A stretch of DNA of 64,000 nt from Escherichia phage KKP 3954, in sequence record OR067838.1; one strand, written 5' to 3'. The notes under the pieces are model-generated. The model worked only from the letters and a program-made list of their open reading frames with translations, had not been told where the DNA came from and made no database searches. This document shows, piece after piece, positions 44,314 through 53,131 of the stretch. How positions within the stretch are numbered: position 1 is the stretch's first letter; each line of letters opens with the position of its first letter. A program made the translations under genes and the position numbers.

Positions 44314-44966
44314 TGTCAAATTCAAAACCAGTAGTTGCTTATCAAGTAGATCGTAATGATGGTGAAGGAAGTGTTGTTATTTTCAGCACACACGGTCTTG
44401 AGGCTCGTCGAAAAGGTGCGTATCGTTTAGAATGTGAGTTTGAAGACTGCACAAGCCACCGTGTCAAACAATTTGATCAATATGCTGATAAAGGCTTCGT
44501 CCCTATCAAAGCTTTACTGGAAGATGGTTGGTGGGTATATTCTGCTTTTGATTACTCAAAACTGGAAGAGTCAGCTTCGTGCGCCTCCGAGATCGAATAT
44601 GATGATTACTATGACACTCTCTACCTTCCAGAATGGCTTGTCTTTTCCCCTGATGAGAGAAGCGTCTGGAAAACTTGGGAAGAAATGGAGAGACATGCAT
44701 ATAGCATCAATGAAGCCTTAGATCGTAAAGCTTGGTTTATTGAGGCAGTAAAGGCGGCATACCCTCAATTTTCATTCTGTGATTTCACTGGTGGCCCAGG
44801 GTACATTACACATACAGCCTCTTTTGAGTTCCCTGGTTCACGTTATAAAGGTAACGTTTATTGGGATTGGGATGAAAATAAACAACCTTCGGCTCAAGAC
44901 TTCCGTTGCTATGTTTGTCAAGGTGATCAAGAAGCCCTTGACAAATACCTACAAAGTCTGGTATAG
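44313..44966 (+). CDS. hypothetical protein
   Basis: 217 aa; ATGA overlap. Confidence 0.55.
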   Translation: MSNSKPVVAYQVDRNDGEGSVVIFSTHGLEARRKGAYRLECEFEDCTSHRVKQFDQYADKGFVPIKALLEDGWWVYSAFDYSKLEESASCASEIEYDDYYDTLYLPEWLVFSPDERSVWKTWEEMERHAYSINEALDRKAWFIEAVKAAYPQFSFCDFTGGPGYITHTASFEFPGSRYKGNVYWDWDENKQPSAQDFRCYVCQGDQEALDKYLQSLV

Positions 44967-45024
44967 TGCCAACATCTGAACAAAGCTTCCTGTTTCAGGG
45001 GGCTTTTCTTTTATAGGAGGGAAT

Positions 45025-45498
45025 ATGTTTCAAGTAAATATCAATGTGCATAATAGTTACTCTGATTGTGAAACGTGTGGCTATAATTCATCTAATGTTG
45101 TTCGTATTAGTGGCGATTTAGGAGAAGCTTCTTTTGGAGAAGAAGCAAGTTGCTTTAGTGGTATGGATGCAGAATGGAATGATATTGCACATTGGTTGGT
45201 GAGCAAACTAAAAGAAAAAGAGAAACCATTTCCTACTCTGCTTGATCGTTCTCTTGTAGAAGATGCAGGTAAAGCATATGCAGACTATGCGTATGCAGAC
45301 GGGAAATATTTGGAAGATGATAAGGCTAACCATTTGCTTTATGTTTACTATGAAGCTGAATCTGCCTACGATAATTATTATAGCATGTCTAACATCCTCC
45401 GTCTATTTGCAGAGTTTGATATTTATTTCGAAGTAGAATTTTCAGAAGACGATACTTACGAATATGATTCTTATGATCCATTTGAGGAGGACGAATAA
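45025..45498 (+). CDS. hypothetical acidic protein
   Basis: 157 aa; GGAGGG RBS. Confidence 0.5.
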   Translation: MFQVNINVHNSYSDCETCGYNSSNVVRISGDLGEASFGEEASCFSGMDAEWNDIAHWLVSKLKEKEKPFPTLLDRSLVEDAGKAYADYAYADGKYLEDDKANHLLYVYYEAESAYDNYYSMSNILRLFAEFDIYFEVEFSEDDTYEYDSYDPFEEDE

Positions 45499-46298
45499 TG
45501 CCAAGACGTGTATATTTTATTAGTGGTGCGGGACTAAGTGCTGACAGCGGAATCCAAACATTTCGCACAGAAACAGATTCTGGAAAGGCATTATGGGATG
45601 AATATGATTTAACAGAAGTCTGTGACATTTTCAACTTCCGTGACGGTTATCAGCAAGAACAGGGTATTCCTGATGCTATGGGTGGCTTAGATGTGGAAGG
45701 ATATAACCTCTACCGTAAAACTCACGACTTCTACAATAAACGTCGCGTGGAATTAGAGAAAGTTGACCCGAATCCAGCACATCTTCAGATTGGAGAATGG
45801 TTCGAAAAATACGGTGCAGAAAGGATTATTAACATTACTACTAACGTTGACGATCTATTAGAACGCGCTGGAATCGATAGAGAAGAAATATTGCACGTTC
45901 ATGGTTTCTTGCCAGAAGTTGTTGTTGATAACAAAATTATCAAAGATGTGGGTTACGCAGCTATTGATGTAGACGATTACAAATATGTGAAGCCTAATGT
46001 GGTGTTTTTTGGTGAGAATGCACCACTCTACACAGACATGTATCACAAACTGGATCAACTAACATCACAAGATATGGTTATCGTTGTAGGCTGCTCTAAC
46101 CAAGTAATCAACTTCAACTGGGAACTCTTCCCTGCCCTGAATATTGGGGTTAAGATGGTTGTAGTTAACCCAGGTTTGAATTTTGTAGAACAAACTCTCT
46201 ACGAAGAACGTGGAGTGCTTGTCTACCGAGAGAAAGCAGGAACAGTCTTCAGTGATGAAGGCTTTATCAAAATGGTTGAAGACCATTTAAACAAATAA
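45498..46298 (+). CDS. sirtuin-like (SIR2 family) NAD-dependent protein without zinc ribbon
   Basis: 266 aa; FISGAGLSADSGIQTFR, NPAH, TTNVDDL, HVHG, VVFFGE, VVGCS in SIR2 order; no Cys4 module. Confidence 0.6.
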   Translation: MPRRVYFISGAGLSADSGIQTFRTETDSGKALWDEYDLTEVCDIFNFRDGYQQEQGIPDAMGGLDVEGYNLYRKTHDFYNKRRVELEKVDPNPAHLQIGEWFEKYGAERIINITTNVDDLLERAGIDREEILHVHGFLPEVVVDNKIIKDVGYAAIDVDDYKYVKPNVVFFGENAPLYTDMYHKLDQLTSQDMVIVVGCSNQVINFNWELFPALNIGVKMVVVNPGLNFVEQTLYEERGVLVYREKAGTVFSDEGFIKMVEDHLNK

Positions 46299-46307
46299 AC
46301 CACTCAA

Positions 46308-46327
46308 GGGGCTTCGGCCCCTTTCTT
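46308..46327 (+). terminator. GGGGC-UUCG-GCCCC hairpin plus T-rich tract
   Basis: Third copy of the identical 14-nt hairpin, right after the sirtuin-like gene. Confidence 0.45.
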
Positions 46328-46341
46328 ATTAGGAGAATAAA

Positions 46342-46614
46342 ATGACTGAAGAAATCCGTGATTACTACCTTGCACATTACGTTTACTACTTTGCTAATGC
46401 TACACAAAAAGGGGAAGGTAATCTTTACTTGGCAACAGGACATGGAACAGGTGTTAGGAAATCAAATATTGATAATGCCTTGGCTCAAGTGGCTGCTGGG
46501 CTAGAAGATAAACTTCAAACGCCTGTAGTTGTAGTGATGCAAAATATAAGTTACCTAGCAAGTTGTACTGAAACCGAATTTAACGCATCTGAAACGCAAT
46601 CTAACGAAGAATAA
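46342..46614 (+). CDS. hypothetical protein
   Basis: 90 aa; AGGAG RBS; last plus-strand gene before strand switch. Confidence 0.5.
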   Translation: MTEEIRDYYLAHYVYYFANATQKGEGNLYLATGHGTGVRKSNIDNALAQVAAGLEDKLQTPVVVVMQNISYLASCTETEFNASETQSNEE

Positions 46615-46620
46615 AACAAA

Positions 46621-46649
46621 GGCACCCAAGTGGGTGCCTTTTCTATTTT
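46621..46649. terminator. bidirectional terminator at convergent gene junction
   Basis: GGCACCC-AAGT-GGGTGCC hairpin with T-runs on both sides. Confidence 0.55.
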
Positions 46650-46683
46650 AGAGCGTCTCTGTTCGATTTAGGTGGGTTCTAGC

Positions 46684-46914
46684 TTACTTGTGTAGTGCTC
46701 TCTCGTATAACTCAATGATCAATTCATCCTCTACTGTAATACGCGCCATTTGATCCGTCTTAAGTATTGTTGGTTGGTAGTAGTGCATTTCGCTATTGAT
46801 ACTACAATCCCATTCGTCATTACCTAAATACTCTCCTACATGGATCTTAACCATAAACGGAAACGGGTTATCTACCAAAAATGCCATACAACCTTCTTCG
46901 ATTTTATTTAACAC
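46684..46914 (-). CDS. hypothetical protein
   Basis: 76 aa; track ORF. Confidence 0.45.
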   Translation of the reverse strand: MLNKIEEGCMAFLVDNPFPFMVKIHVGEYLGNDEWDCSINSEMHYYQPTILKTDQMARITVEDELIIELYERALHK

Positions 46915-47005
46915 ACGACCTCCTATTGCTACAGATATGAAAAAACCCGCCGAAGCGGGTTCTATTGCTACGATAGAATCACTATCCTATAGTATTGTTT
47001 CTGTG

Positions 47006-47287
47006 TCAAGCCTTAGCGTAGAAAAACTTCTCATATTCAGCTTTTGTTACGATTGTGGGGCAACCTTTTGTTCCATCCTCGATAACAGGGGCTTCTACCA
47101 TTCTGGTGTTGAATAAGCAATAAGTTCCACGCATATAAATACCCAGTTTTGTTTGTACAATGTGCTCTTTACTTACGCTTGAAAACTTAATCTCACCATC
47201 GGAGTCTCTTATAGCAATAAGCGCATGTTCGGGCCAATCTTTTCCTTTTGCTCCTAAAGCATTATACAGTTCTTGAACGAGTTCCAT
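47006..47287 (-). CDS. hypothetical protein
   Basis: 93 aa; GGAGG RBS on minus strand. Confidence 0.5.
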   Translation of the reverse strand: MELVQELYNALGAKGKDWPEHALIAIRDSDGEIKFSSVSKEHIVQTKLGIYMRGTYCLFNTRMVEAPVIEDGTKGCPTIVTKAEYEKFFYAKA

Positions 47288-47299
47288 ATTACCTCCTTA

Positions 47300-47476
47300 T
47301 TAAATAACAAATTTTTCTTCTTCTTCTGGTTTATCGTAATCTGGAGAATAAACATGTGCGGGATTAAAACCTTTAAAATTTCCGCGACCTTTACGTGGAC
47401 AATTGAATGTGCGAGCTTGATGATCCCCAAAAGATTTCCCACAATGCATACATTTAAAATCAGTGCGTTTAGTCAT
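47300..47476 (-). CDS. small zinc-ribbon protein
   Basis: Track ORF 47300..47503; AAGGAGA RBS supports start MTKRTDF; CMHCG ... CPRKG. Confidence 0.45.
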   Translation of the reverse strand: MTKRTDFKCMHCGKSFGDHQARTFNCPRKGRGNFKGFNPAHVYSPDYDKPEEEEKFVI

Positions 47477-47639
47477 GCCGTATCTCCTTTTAAAAGGCTG
47501 CACCTATTGAAGATGCAGCTTTGATAGATTATTTAGATGAGTCTAAAATGTCTTTTACTTTTGCCGTGATAACGTCTTGATATTTGTTAATAAGATAGCC
47601 TACAACTACACCTACGATAAATGAAACCATTATTTCTCC

Positions 47640-48248
47640 TTACTTAAGTGGTGAGAGAACAATCTCTCGGTTTTTTAAGAACCAAAGCATGTCATCTTGA
47701 TCATAATCTGATCCCTCTGTAGTAGAATTTTTGATAGAATCAAAAAACCAACGAGGTATACCAAAACAACTTCCAGATGACTGCATGTCTTTCTGCGACA
47801 TTTTAAATGTGATTGGAAAATCACAATTATCAATCTCTCGGATATCTGCTGAAGATAAGATTGTAACTTCAACCAGTTCGTCGTTAGATGTAGTATCGTT
47901 GTCTTCCTGAATAATGTCAAATGCTTTTTGCACATCTTTTGCATCTAATGTTAAACCTGTGGCTTTCTGAAAAGCCGAGACAAAAATTAGAGCTTCTTCA
48001 GAGCAAGGGGCTTCCAGCAAATGAGCCATAATAGGTGACAAGCAAATGTTAAGATCTTTGTCATACCAACGAACAATCCACACAGGCGTTGCTCCGTTTT
48101 GTTTGTCACGAGCCAAAATTGTAACGTGCTGACCTTCTTCTGGTATATGATACAAACCAGAAAAACCAGGACCTGTAGTAGATTTTTTGACACGCGCTAC
48201 GTGTCCAACTTCTAAAGGATCTTTACCATCCCAAATCTTCTCTTCCAT
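47640..48248 (-). CDS. hypothetical protein
   Basis: 202 aa; GGAGG RBS. Confidence 0.55.
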   Translation of the reverse strand: MEEKIWDGKDPLEVGHVARVKKSTTGPGFSGLYHIPEEGQHVTILARDKQNGATPVWIVRWYDKDLNICLSPIMAHLLEAPCSEEALIFVSAFQKATGLTLDAKDVQKAFDIIQEDNDTTSNDELVEVTILSSADIREIDNCDFPITFKMSQKDMQSSGSCFGIPRWFFDSIKNSTTEGSDYDQDDMLWFLKNREIVLSPLK

Positions 48249-48256
48249 ATAACCTC

Positions 48257-48520
48257 CTAAATAACATCTTTGAAATAGTGAATCACTTCAATATTATGGT
48301 ACAAAGTGCTTCGCTCTTTTGTATACTCTGTTTTAGTAACAAACACTTTTGCAATACCGTATTTATGCGCTGGTAGATTTGGATTGGTTTGCATAATTTC
48401 TTTCACTACACTTATAGTTTCGTGCTCGGATTCCCAATAAGTGAAGTAACCCTCACTATCAACGATTAAAGACTCGTTTTCAAGATCTACAAAACAGAAA
48501 AATATTGACGGATGGCTCAT
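48257..48520 (-). CDS. hypothetical protein
   Basis: 87 aa. Confidence 0.5.
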   Translation of the reverse strand: MSHPSIFFCFVDLENESLIVDSEGYFTYWESEHETISVVKEIMQTNPNLPAHKYGIAKVFVTKTEYTKERSTLYHNIEVIHYFKDVI

Positions 48521-48680
48521 TCTTTTTCTTCAACCTTCCTCAAAGCTTTTTGATCGAATATAGCGTGTTGCAACTCCCCGTTTTCATCAAACCAAGTTAC
48601 TTTACAAGATTCGCCATAACTTTCTATTACTGTCATTTGTTTGTTTGCACCTTTAAGACAAACCACATCACCTACTTGCA

Positions 48681-49130
48681 TCATGATTGAGTTCCTTTTT
48701 GTTTTTCAATAGCTGCACGAATTTCTGCTAAAGGTTCTGCTACCAGATCTTCAACTTCTTGGATTTGTTCATTCATTACGTCACGAACCATTTGAATCCG
48801 CTCTTCAAGGGAAACAGCAAGTTCATCTGCATAAGCCATATTAAGAACGTGGTAGAAATTTTCTTGTGCACTTAAAGCACCAGATAACAAATAATCCTGA
48901 TCTTCCTCTGGTAAAAGCATGTGTTGCTCATATTCAGCAAAAGTGTTTTTGTTAATCTCAAGCAAAGCACCCATCATAACATCATACTGATAATCTTTAT
49001 GACCAGGGTTGTTTAAAATAACATCTTCAAAGATATTAAGAAGAATCTTAGTAACAAAAGCATTGTTTTCGGCACCTTCCATCTGACGGATTACCGTGAT
49101 TACTTCTTTTTCTTTAGCGTTTTGGCTCAT
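48681..49130 (-). CDS. hypothetical protein
   Basis: 149 aa. Confidence 0.55.
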   Translation of the reverse strand: MSQNAKEKEVITVIRQMEGAENNAFVTKILLNIFEDVILNNPGHKDYQYDVMMGALLEINKNTFAEYEQHMLLPEEDQDYLLSGALSAQENFYHVLNMAYADELAVSLEERIQMVRDVMNEQIQEVEDLVAEPLAEIRAAIEKQKGTQS

Positions 49131-49320
49131 AGTGTTTCTCCTCTGATTCTATTTGGATATAACCTGTGGTTTTGCACGGGTTACACTCGTAAATTTGACC
49201 TACATCCGCCATAACATATCCTGCACCACCACAATAGGGACAAGGCATAGGAGGACAAGGTATGGACGTAGTGATTGTTACGACATTATCAATTTCCAAC
49301 ATTTTCGCCATTATTACCAT
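49114..49320 (-). CDS. small Cys-rich protein (CxxCxGxG zinc-finger-like)
   Basis: 68 aa; CPYCGGAGYV ... CNPCKTTGYI. Confidence 0.45.
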   Translation of the reverse strand: MVIMAKMLEIDNVVTITTSIPCPPMPCPYCGGAGYVMADVGQIYECNPCKTTGYIQIESEEKHYEPKR

Positions 49321-49562
49321 TCCGCTATTAACGTCAAACCAAGTGCATCGTTAAAACGCTCAACATTTGAGTATAGATATGGAGGGGTTATTTGCTCTAA
49401 AATTTGTGCTGCTTCCACTTGGTGTTCTATGTTTTGAGAAGTTCGGGCATAAACTAAGACGCCCATTTTATTCAAAATAAAAACAGAATCAGACCCATCC
49501 AGCTTATCAACGGCTGCATACATTTTAGTCATATTTTCTCCTGGATTACCATTCAGCAACAA
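49314..49562 (-). CDS. hypothetical protein
   Basis: 82 aa. Confidence 0.45.
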   Translation of the reverse strand: MLLNGNPGENMTKMYAAVDKLDGSDSVFILNKMGVLVYARTSQNIEHQVEAAQILEQITPPYLYSNVERFNDALGLTLIAEW

Positions 49563-49761
49563 GACTAGGATTCATAGCAAAAGCTTTGAAAGTTGTTATG
49601 TCATGACTAACATTAAAACTAACACCTTTTACTTTCTCTAGTATTTGAACTTTCGTCTCTCCGTCCCACGGTAGGATGATAACACCATCTACTGTGATCA
49701 ACCACCAATGGTTCTCTCCATCTCGTGAATCTTTTGCTTTGTATAGAAAATTGGAACTCAT
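49546..49761 (-). CDS. hypothetical protein
   Basis: 71 aa; GGAGGAAGA RBS. Confidence 0.45.
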   Translation of the reverse strand: MSSNFLYKAKDSRDGENHWWLITVDGVIILPWDGETKVQILEKVKGVSFNVSHDITTFKAFAMNPSLVAEW

Positions 49762-50121
49762 TCTTCCTCCTGTTCGGTATTATTCACCTGTGAGACACAA
49801 TGTAACACAAGCTTTGTGAGTTTGTCAAGGATCTAATTACATTCTACAGAAGAAGATGGTTAATAACTATAGGAATAGTCTTACTATAGGTGCAATACTA
49901 GTTAAGAGTTAGATTGATAGGTAAGACTTATCTTAAACAGATAATTGATAGGTGAGTCAGCATTGACTTTTTCAAAAAAATATGGTACCCTAAACATATG
50001 TTTACGAGCGATAGCGAGTAGTAGATTTCTATATAATAATGTTTCATGTTACTCACGATAGTGAGGTATGAAACGTAAGTGAAGGTAGATAAACTATGAT
50101 CATCTATCTACCATCTATTAA
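49762..50121. promoter_or_regulatory. intergenic region rich in inverted and direct repeats
   Basis: 360 bp non-coding inside minus gene block; TTGATAGGT x2, ACTATAGG x2, GGTAGATA-N13-TATCTACC, GTTTCAT ... ATGAAAC palindrome. Confidence 0.4.
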
Positions 50122-50331
50122 TCAATATAGATCTAATGTTAGACTAACAGTTATCCAACAAACAATAGCAGTCCATATAACAAGTAATGATCTACAAACT
50201 ACATCCCATTCAAATACATTGTATGTTAACCATTCTCCCATCACAACAGAAGAACCCAACCAACATCCAACAACAACTATAATCCAATAAAAGAATCCTA
50301 CAGTAGAGTATACAGCAAAAGCTTTTAACAT
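50122..50331 (-). CDS. small membrane protein
   Basis: 69 aa, two hydrophobic segments; GGAGGA RBS. Confidence 0.45.
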   Translation of the reverse strand: MLKAFAVYSTVGFFYWIIVVVGCWLGSSVVMGEWLTYNVFEWDVVCRSLLVIWTAIVCWITVSLTLDLY

Positions 50332-50744
50332 CTTTCCTCCAGAAGTTGTTCAACAGTTTGACGAGTATGATTGTCCCAGTAAACCTTAGTGAAGTCAAGA
50401 GTTCCTTGTTCGTTTCTCTTAGTTTCGAAGAAGTATCCGCCTTCTCTTTCTACTCTGTCTCTAATGTGCTCTATGAGGTGCTTCTTACAAGATGCTGATA
50501 AACAGTGGTCATACTCCCCACGAAGTAACGCTATAGCTGCAAGTCTGTTATCACCAACTTGAGATATTGTCCAAGAAAGCATACTACCTTCTATACCTAA
50601 AGGTGTTTGTCGAATGGAATATCCACCATGCCGACTGATAGAAATTATGGCAAGTGGTTCTCCTGTTAGAGATCTTCCTAATGCACCTTCTGTTGGACTT
50701 CCTTCAACAATACGTTTGAAAAAAGCTTTGATCTTACCTAACAT
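50325..50744 (-). CDS. hypothetical protein
   Basis: 139 aa. Confidence 0.5.
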   Translation of the reverse strand: MLGKIKAFFKRIVEGSPTEGALGRSLTGEPLAIISISRHGGYSIRQTPLGIEGSMLSWTISQVGDNRLAAIALLRGEYDHCLSASCKKHLIEHIRDRVEREGGYFFETKRNEQGTLDFTKVYWDNHTRQTVEQLLEERC

Positions 50745-50761
50745 AAGTCCCCCTTAAAAAT

Positions 50762-50896
50762 TTACTTGTTTAAAGTATCTCTTACTTGTTCTGCTTGACG
50801 TTTAGTAATAAAAGTCCCAACCGAAACGTTAAACTCATTGACTACAGAGAACGATCCATCACGGTTCTCACGAATATTAAACAATTTCTTACTCAT
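50762..50896 (-). CDS. small hypothetical protein (44 aa)
   Basis: Not in track; GGAGG RBS then ATG; MSKKLFNIRENRDG. Confidence 0.3.
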   Translation of the reverse strand: MSKKLFNIRENRDGSFSVVNEFNVSVGTFITKRQAEQVRDTLNK

Positions 50897-51092
50897 TTCT
50901 ACCTCCTTCAATGCTTTGTGCCATATCATCCCAAGCCATTAGAATGTTTTCCAATAGTTCACGAGGCTCTTTAAACCAAACTTCCATTTCATCAAGAATC
51001 TCGTCCGTGTCGTAAGTATAACCTGGAACACCAAGTTCACATTTCTTAATATAACTTTCTAACCAACGATGATAAGTCTTAGCCCCATTCAT
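50889..51092 (-). CDS. hypothetical protein
   Basis: 67 aa. Confidence 0.45.
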   Translation of the reverse strand: MNGAKTYHRWLESYIKKCELGVPGYTYDTDEILDEMEVWFKEPRELLENILMAWDDMAQSIEGGRNE

Positions 51093-51465
51093 ACTGTGCT
51101 ACCTTTTCTTTTACCCAATCTACGCGATCTTTGTCATAATGTTGAGTGCCAAGGAAAAGACCATTGTGGAAACTTTCCTCACCGAAAGGATAAATTGGAT
51201 CTAAACCATCTTCTTCAAACAACATTTTTAATCTGTTTGATGTAGATTTCTTAGTTTCTGAATTGTAGTTTGTGGTTATAAGCCAATCTTCCAAACAACG
51301 ACACAAGCCTTGACGAGAATCCCAAGGAAAAACACAATCTCCGACAGGAGCTTGTTCCGCCCATTTCAACCAACCTTTAAAAAAGTTATACAGTATATAG
51401 TCTTCAGTGTAATACATTAGCTCCTCCTTTACATATACAATAACACCCCGCAGAACGGGGTGCAA
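51079..51465 (-). CDS. paralog family A member 1 (GLC / PF / WVKDR motifs)
   Basis: 128 aa; FFKGWLKWA, GLCRCL, PIYPFGE, RVDWVKEKV. Confidence 0.55.
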   Translation of the reverse strand: MHPVLRGVIVYVKEELMYYTEDYILYNFFKGWLKWAEQAPVGDCVFPWDSRQGLCRCLEDWLITTNYNSETKKSTSNRLKMLFEEDGLDPIYPFGEESFHNGLFLGTQHYDKDRVDWVKEKVAQYEWG

Positions 51466-51468
51466 CTA

Positions 51469-52080
51469 TTATTTAATCTGTTTAAAAATTTCGTTTGGAA
51501 CGGTACCGTTTAAAATACCTTCTACGATCTCTTGTGCAGATGTGTAAGAGAGTCCAAAAGAAGCTACGCCTAAAATTGCCTCCTTCAAAGGATCTGGTAA
51601 GGGTTCAAAATTACCTGCAACAAATCCTCCCGCACAAGCAGCACCTTCATCATCCCAGAAAACAACTGCTACTTCATTACCATGTGAAGTTGTGCGATGT
51701 GCAAGAACTTCAACTTCAGTACCTTCTTTAGGAATAGAATAAGAGGTGTCCCAGGAGTATCTTTCTAAATCGGGGACAAAAATAACCTTCTCACCTACTG
51801 GCGGCAGTTCACAACGATAATACCAAGAATTTTTTTCGTTCATTGTTTTATTTTCCTCCACGTCTTCAAAAGTAACGATCCAATCGTAGCCGTAAGAAAA
51901 CGGATATTTTAGATCTAAAGAATAAGTTTGACCTAGATCGTCCTCAACAAGAACCATCCTGTCAAAGTTTGCGATGTTAGGATTATGTTTAATGACAGGG
52001 TATGTTTCCCCTACAGTAAATTGTCCCAAATGGTAAAGTTCGTCTCTCCAAGTGATTTTGATACGAGTGCATTGAATCAT
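51469..52080 (-). CDS. hypothetical protein
   Basis: 203 aa. Confidence 0.55.
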   Translation of the reverse strand: MIQCTRIKITWRDELYHLGQFTVGETYPVIKHNPNIANFDRMVLVEDDLGQTYSLDLKYPFSYGYDWIVTFEDVEENKTMNEKNSWYYRCELPPVGEKVIFVPDLERYSWDTSYSIPKEGTEVEVLAHRTTSHGNEVAVVFWDDEGAACAGGFVAGNFEPLPDPLKEAILGVASFGLSYTSAQEIVEGILNGTVPNEIFKQIK

Positions 52081-52084
52081 AAAA

Positions 52085-52327
52085 TTACCCCCAAGAAATA
52101 GCTATGTATCTTACAATGTTTGCACTGTCTAAAGCCATGTTTGCACCACACCCACGCTCGCGCCAGTAACTAACAATACCTTCACAAATACTCTCTTGTA
52201 TCTTCTTATCATTTGGCATTTCTAATATAAGACTTGGGTTGTGGATGTTTATGTTATAATATCCTTCCTCTGCGGCTTGAGCTACCAATTTACTCACTTT
52301 TTCAAAATACAGGGGAATTAGTGGCAT
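52085..52327 (-). CDS. hypothetical protein (YWRxxGC motif, possible family C)
   Basis: 80 aa; IVSYWRERGCGAN. Confidence 0.45.
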   Translation of the reverse strand: MPLIPLYFEKVSKLVAQAAEEGYYNINIHNPSLILEMPNDKKIQESICEGIVSYWRERGCGANMALDSANIVRYIAISWG

Positions 52328-52357
52328 CTGCTATTGTTTTTAAGGTTTGTCTATCCA

Positions 52358-52756
52358 TTATTCTGCCTCATCATAGAAGAAATCCAACTCTTGTTCCAGT
52401 TGTTTAACTCGATCCTTAACCCACTGTACACGTTTTTCATTAAACATGCAACGTTTTTCCTTACACTCTTGCTCAAAAGATTTTGCTGTGTTAAATGGGA
52501 AAGTTGTATCTAAGCCAGCGTTTTCAAAACTGGCTAATTGCATACCATAAACAGAATATGCTAAAGAATGCTCGGCCCGAAATTCATCACTTATATACAT
52601 ACGTAGACCTCGGCATAAGCCAACATCAGCGTAACCACTTTCTCTTGGAAAGAGACGGAGGTGTTCTAACCAATTATTATAGAAATCTAAAAGAATCCTC
52701 TTACACTTCAAATCGATTGTCATAAAAAGTTTCTCCTTCATCGAACAAGTTGGCAA
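52358..52756 (-). CDS. paralog family A member 2
   Basis: 132 aa; FYNNWLEHL, GLCRGL, TFPFN, RVQWVKDRV. Confidence 0.55.
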   Translation of the reverse strand: MPTCSMKEKLFMTIDLKCKRILLDFYNNWLEHLRLFPRESGYADVGLCRGLRMYISDEFRAEHSLAYSVYGMQLASFENAGLDTTFPFNTAKSFEQECKEKRCMFNEKRVQWVKDRVKQLEQELDFFYDEAE

Positions 52757-53123
52757 GATTGTTCACGGCAATCTGGGTGGAAAGAAGACAACTGTTTGCA
52801 GACACATAAGCACGAGCTATTTTGTAAACATAGGCTTTCGTATTACAATTGTCTAGGATCGGAAGACTTTCGTCGATAGCATCTATAACACTAAACATCA
52901 CATCTAAAACTTTAATGGTGAGTGTTGTATTTGTATCTTCGTAACCTTTTTCAATCCGACCTGAATAGAAAGCATAGTCCTCAACAGTTCGTCGTTTAAA
53001 CTGGCGCATAAAATCGGAACCATCTGTAGCAGAATTGAACAAATTTTCAAAAAATACCTCCCATCCGGCAAAAAGGGCTGACAGCATGATTAAGTGATCT
53101 ACAGATTCATTTTCTTGTTTCAT
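52701..53123 (-). CDS. hypothetical protein
   Basis: 140 aa. Confidence 0.5.
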   Translation of the reverse strand: MKQENESVDHLIMLSALFAGWEVFFENLFNSATDGSDFMRQFKRRTVEDYAFYSGRIEKGYEDTNTTLTIKVLDVMFSVIDAIDESLPILDNCNTKAYVYKIARAYVSANSCLLSTQIAVNNLANLFDEGETFYDNRFEV

Positions 53124-53131
53124 ATCCTCTC

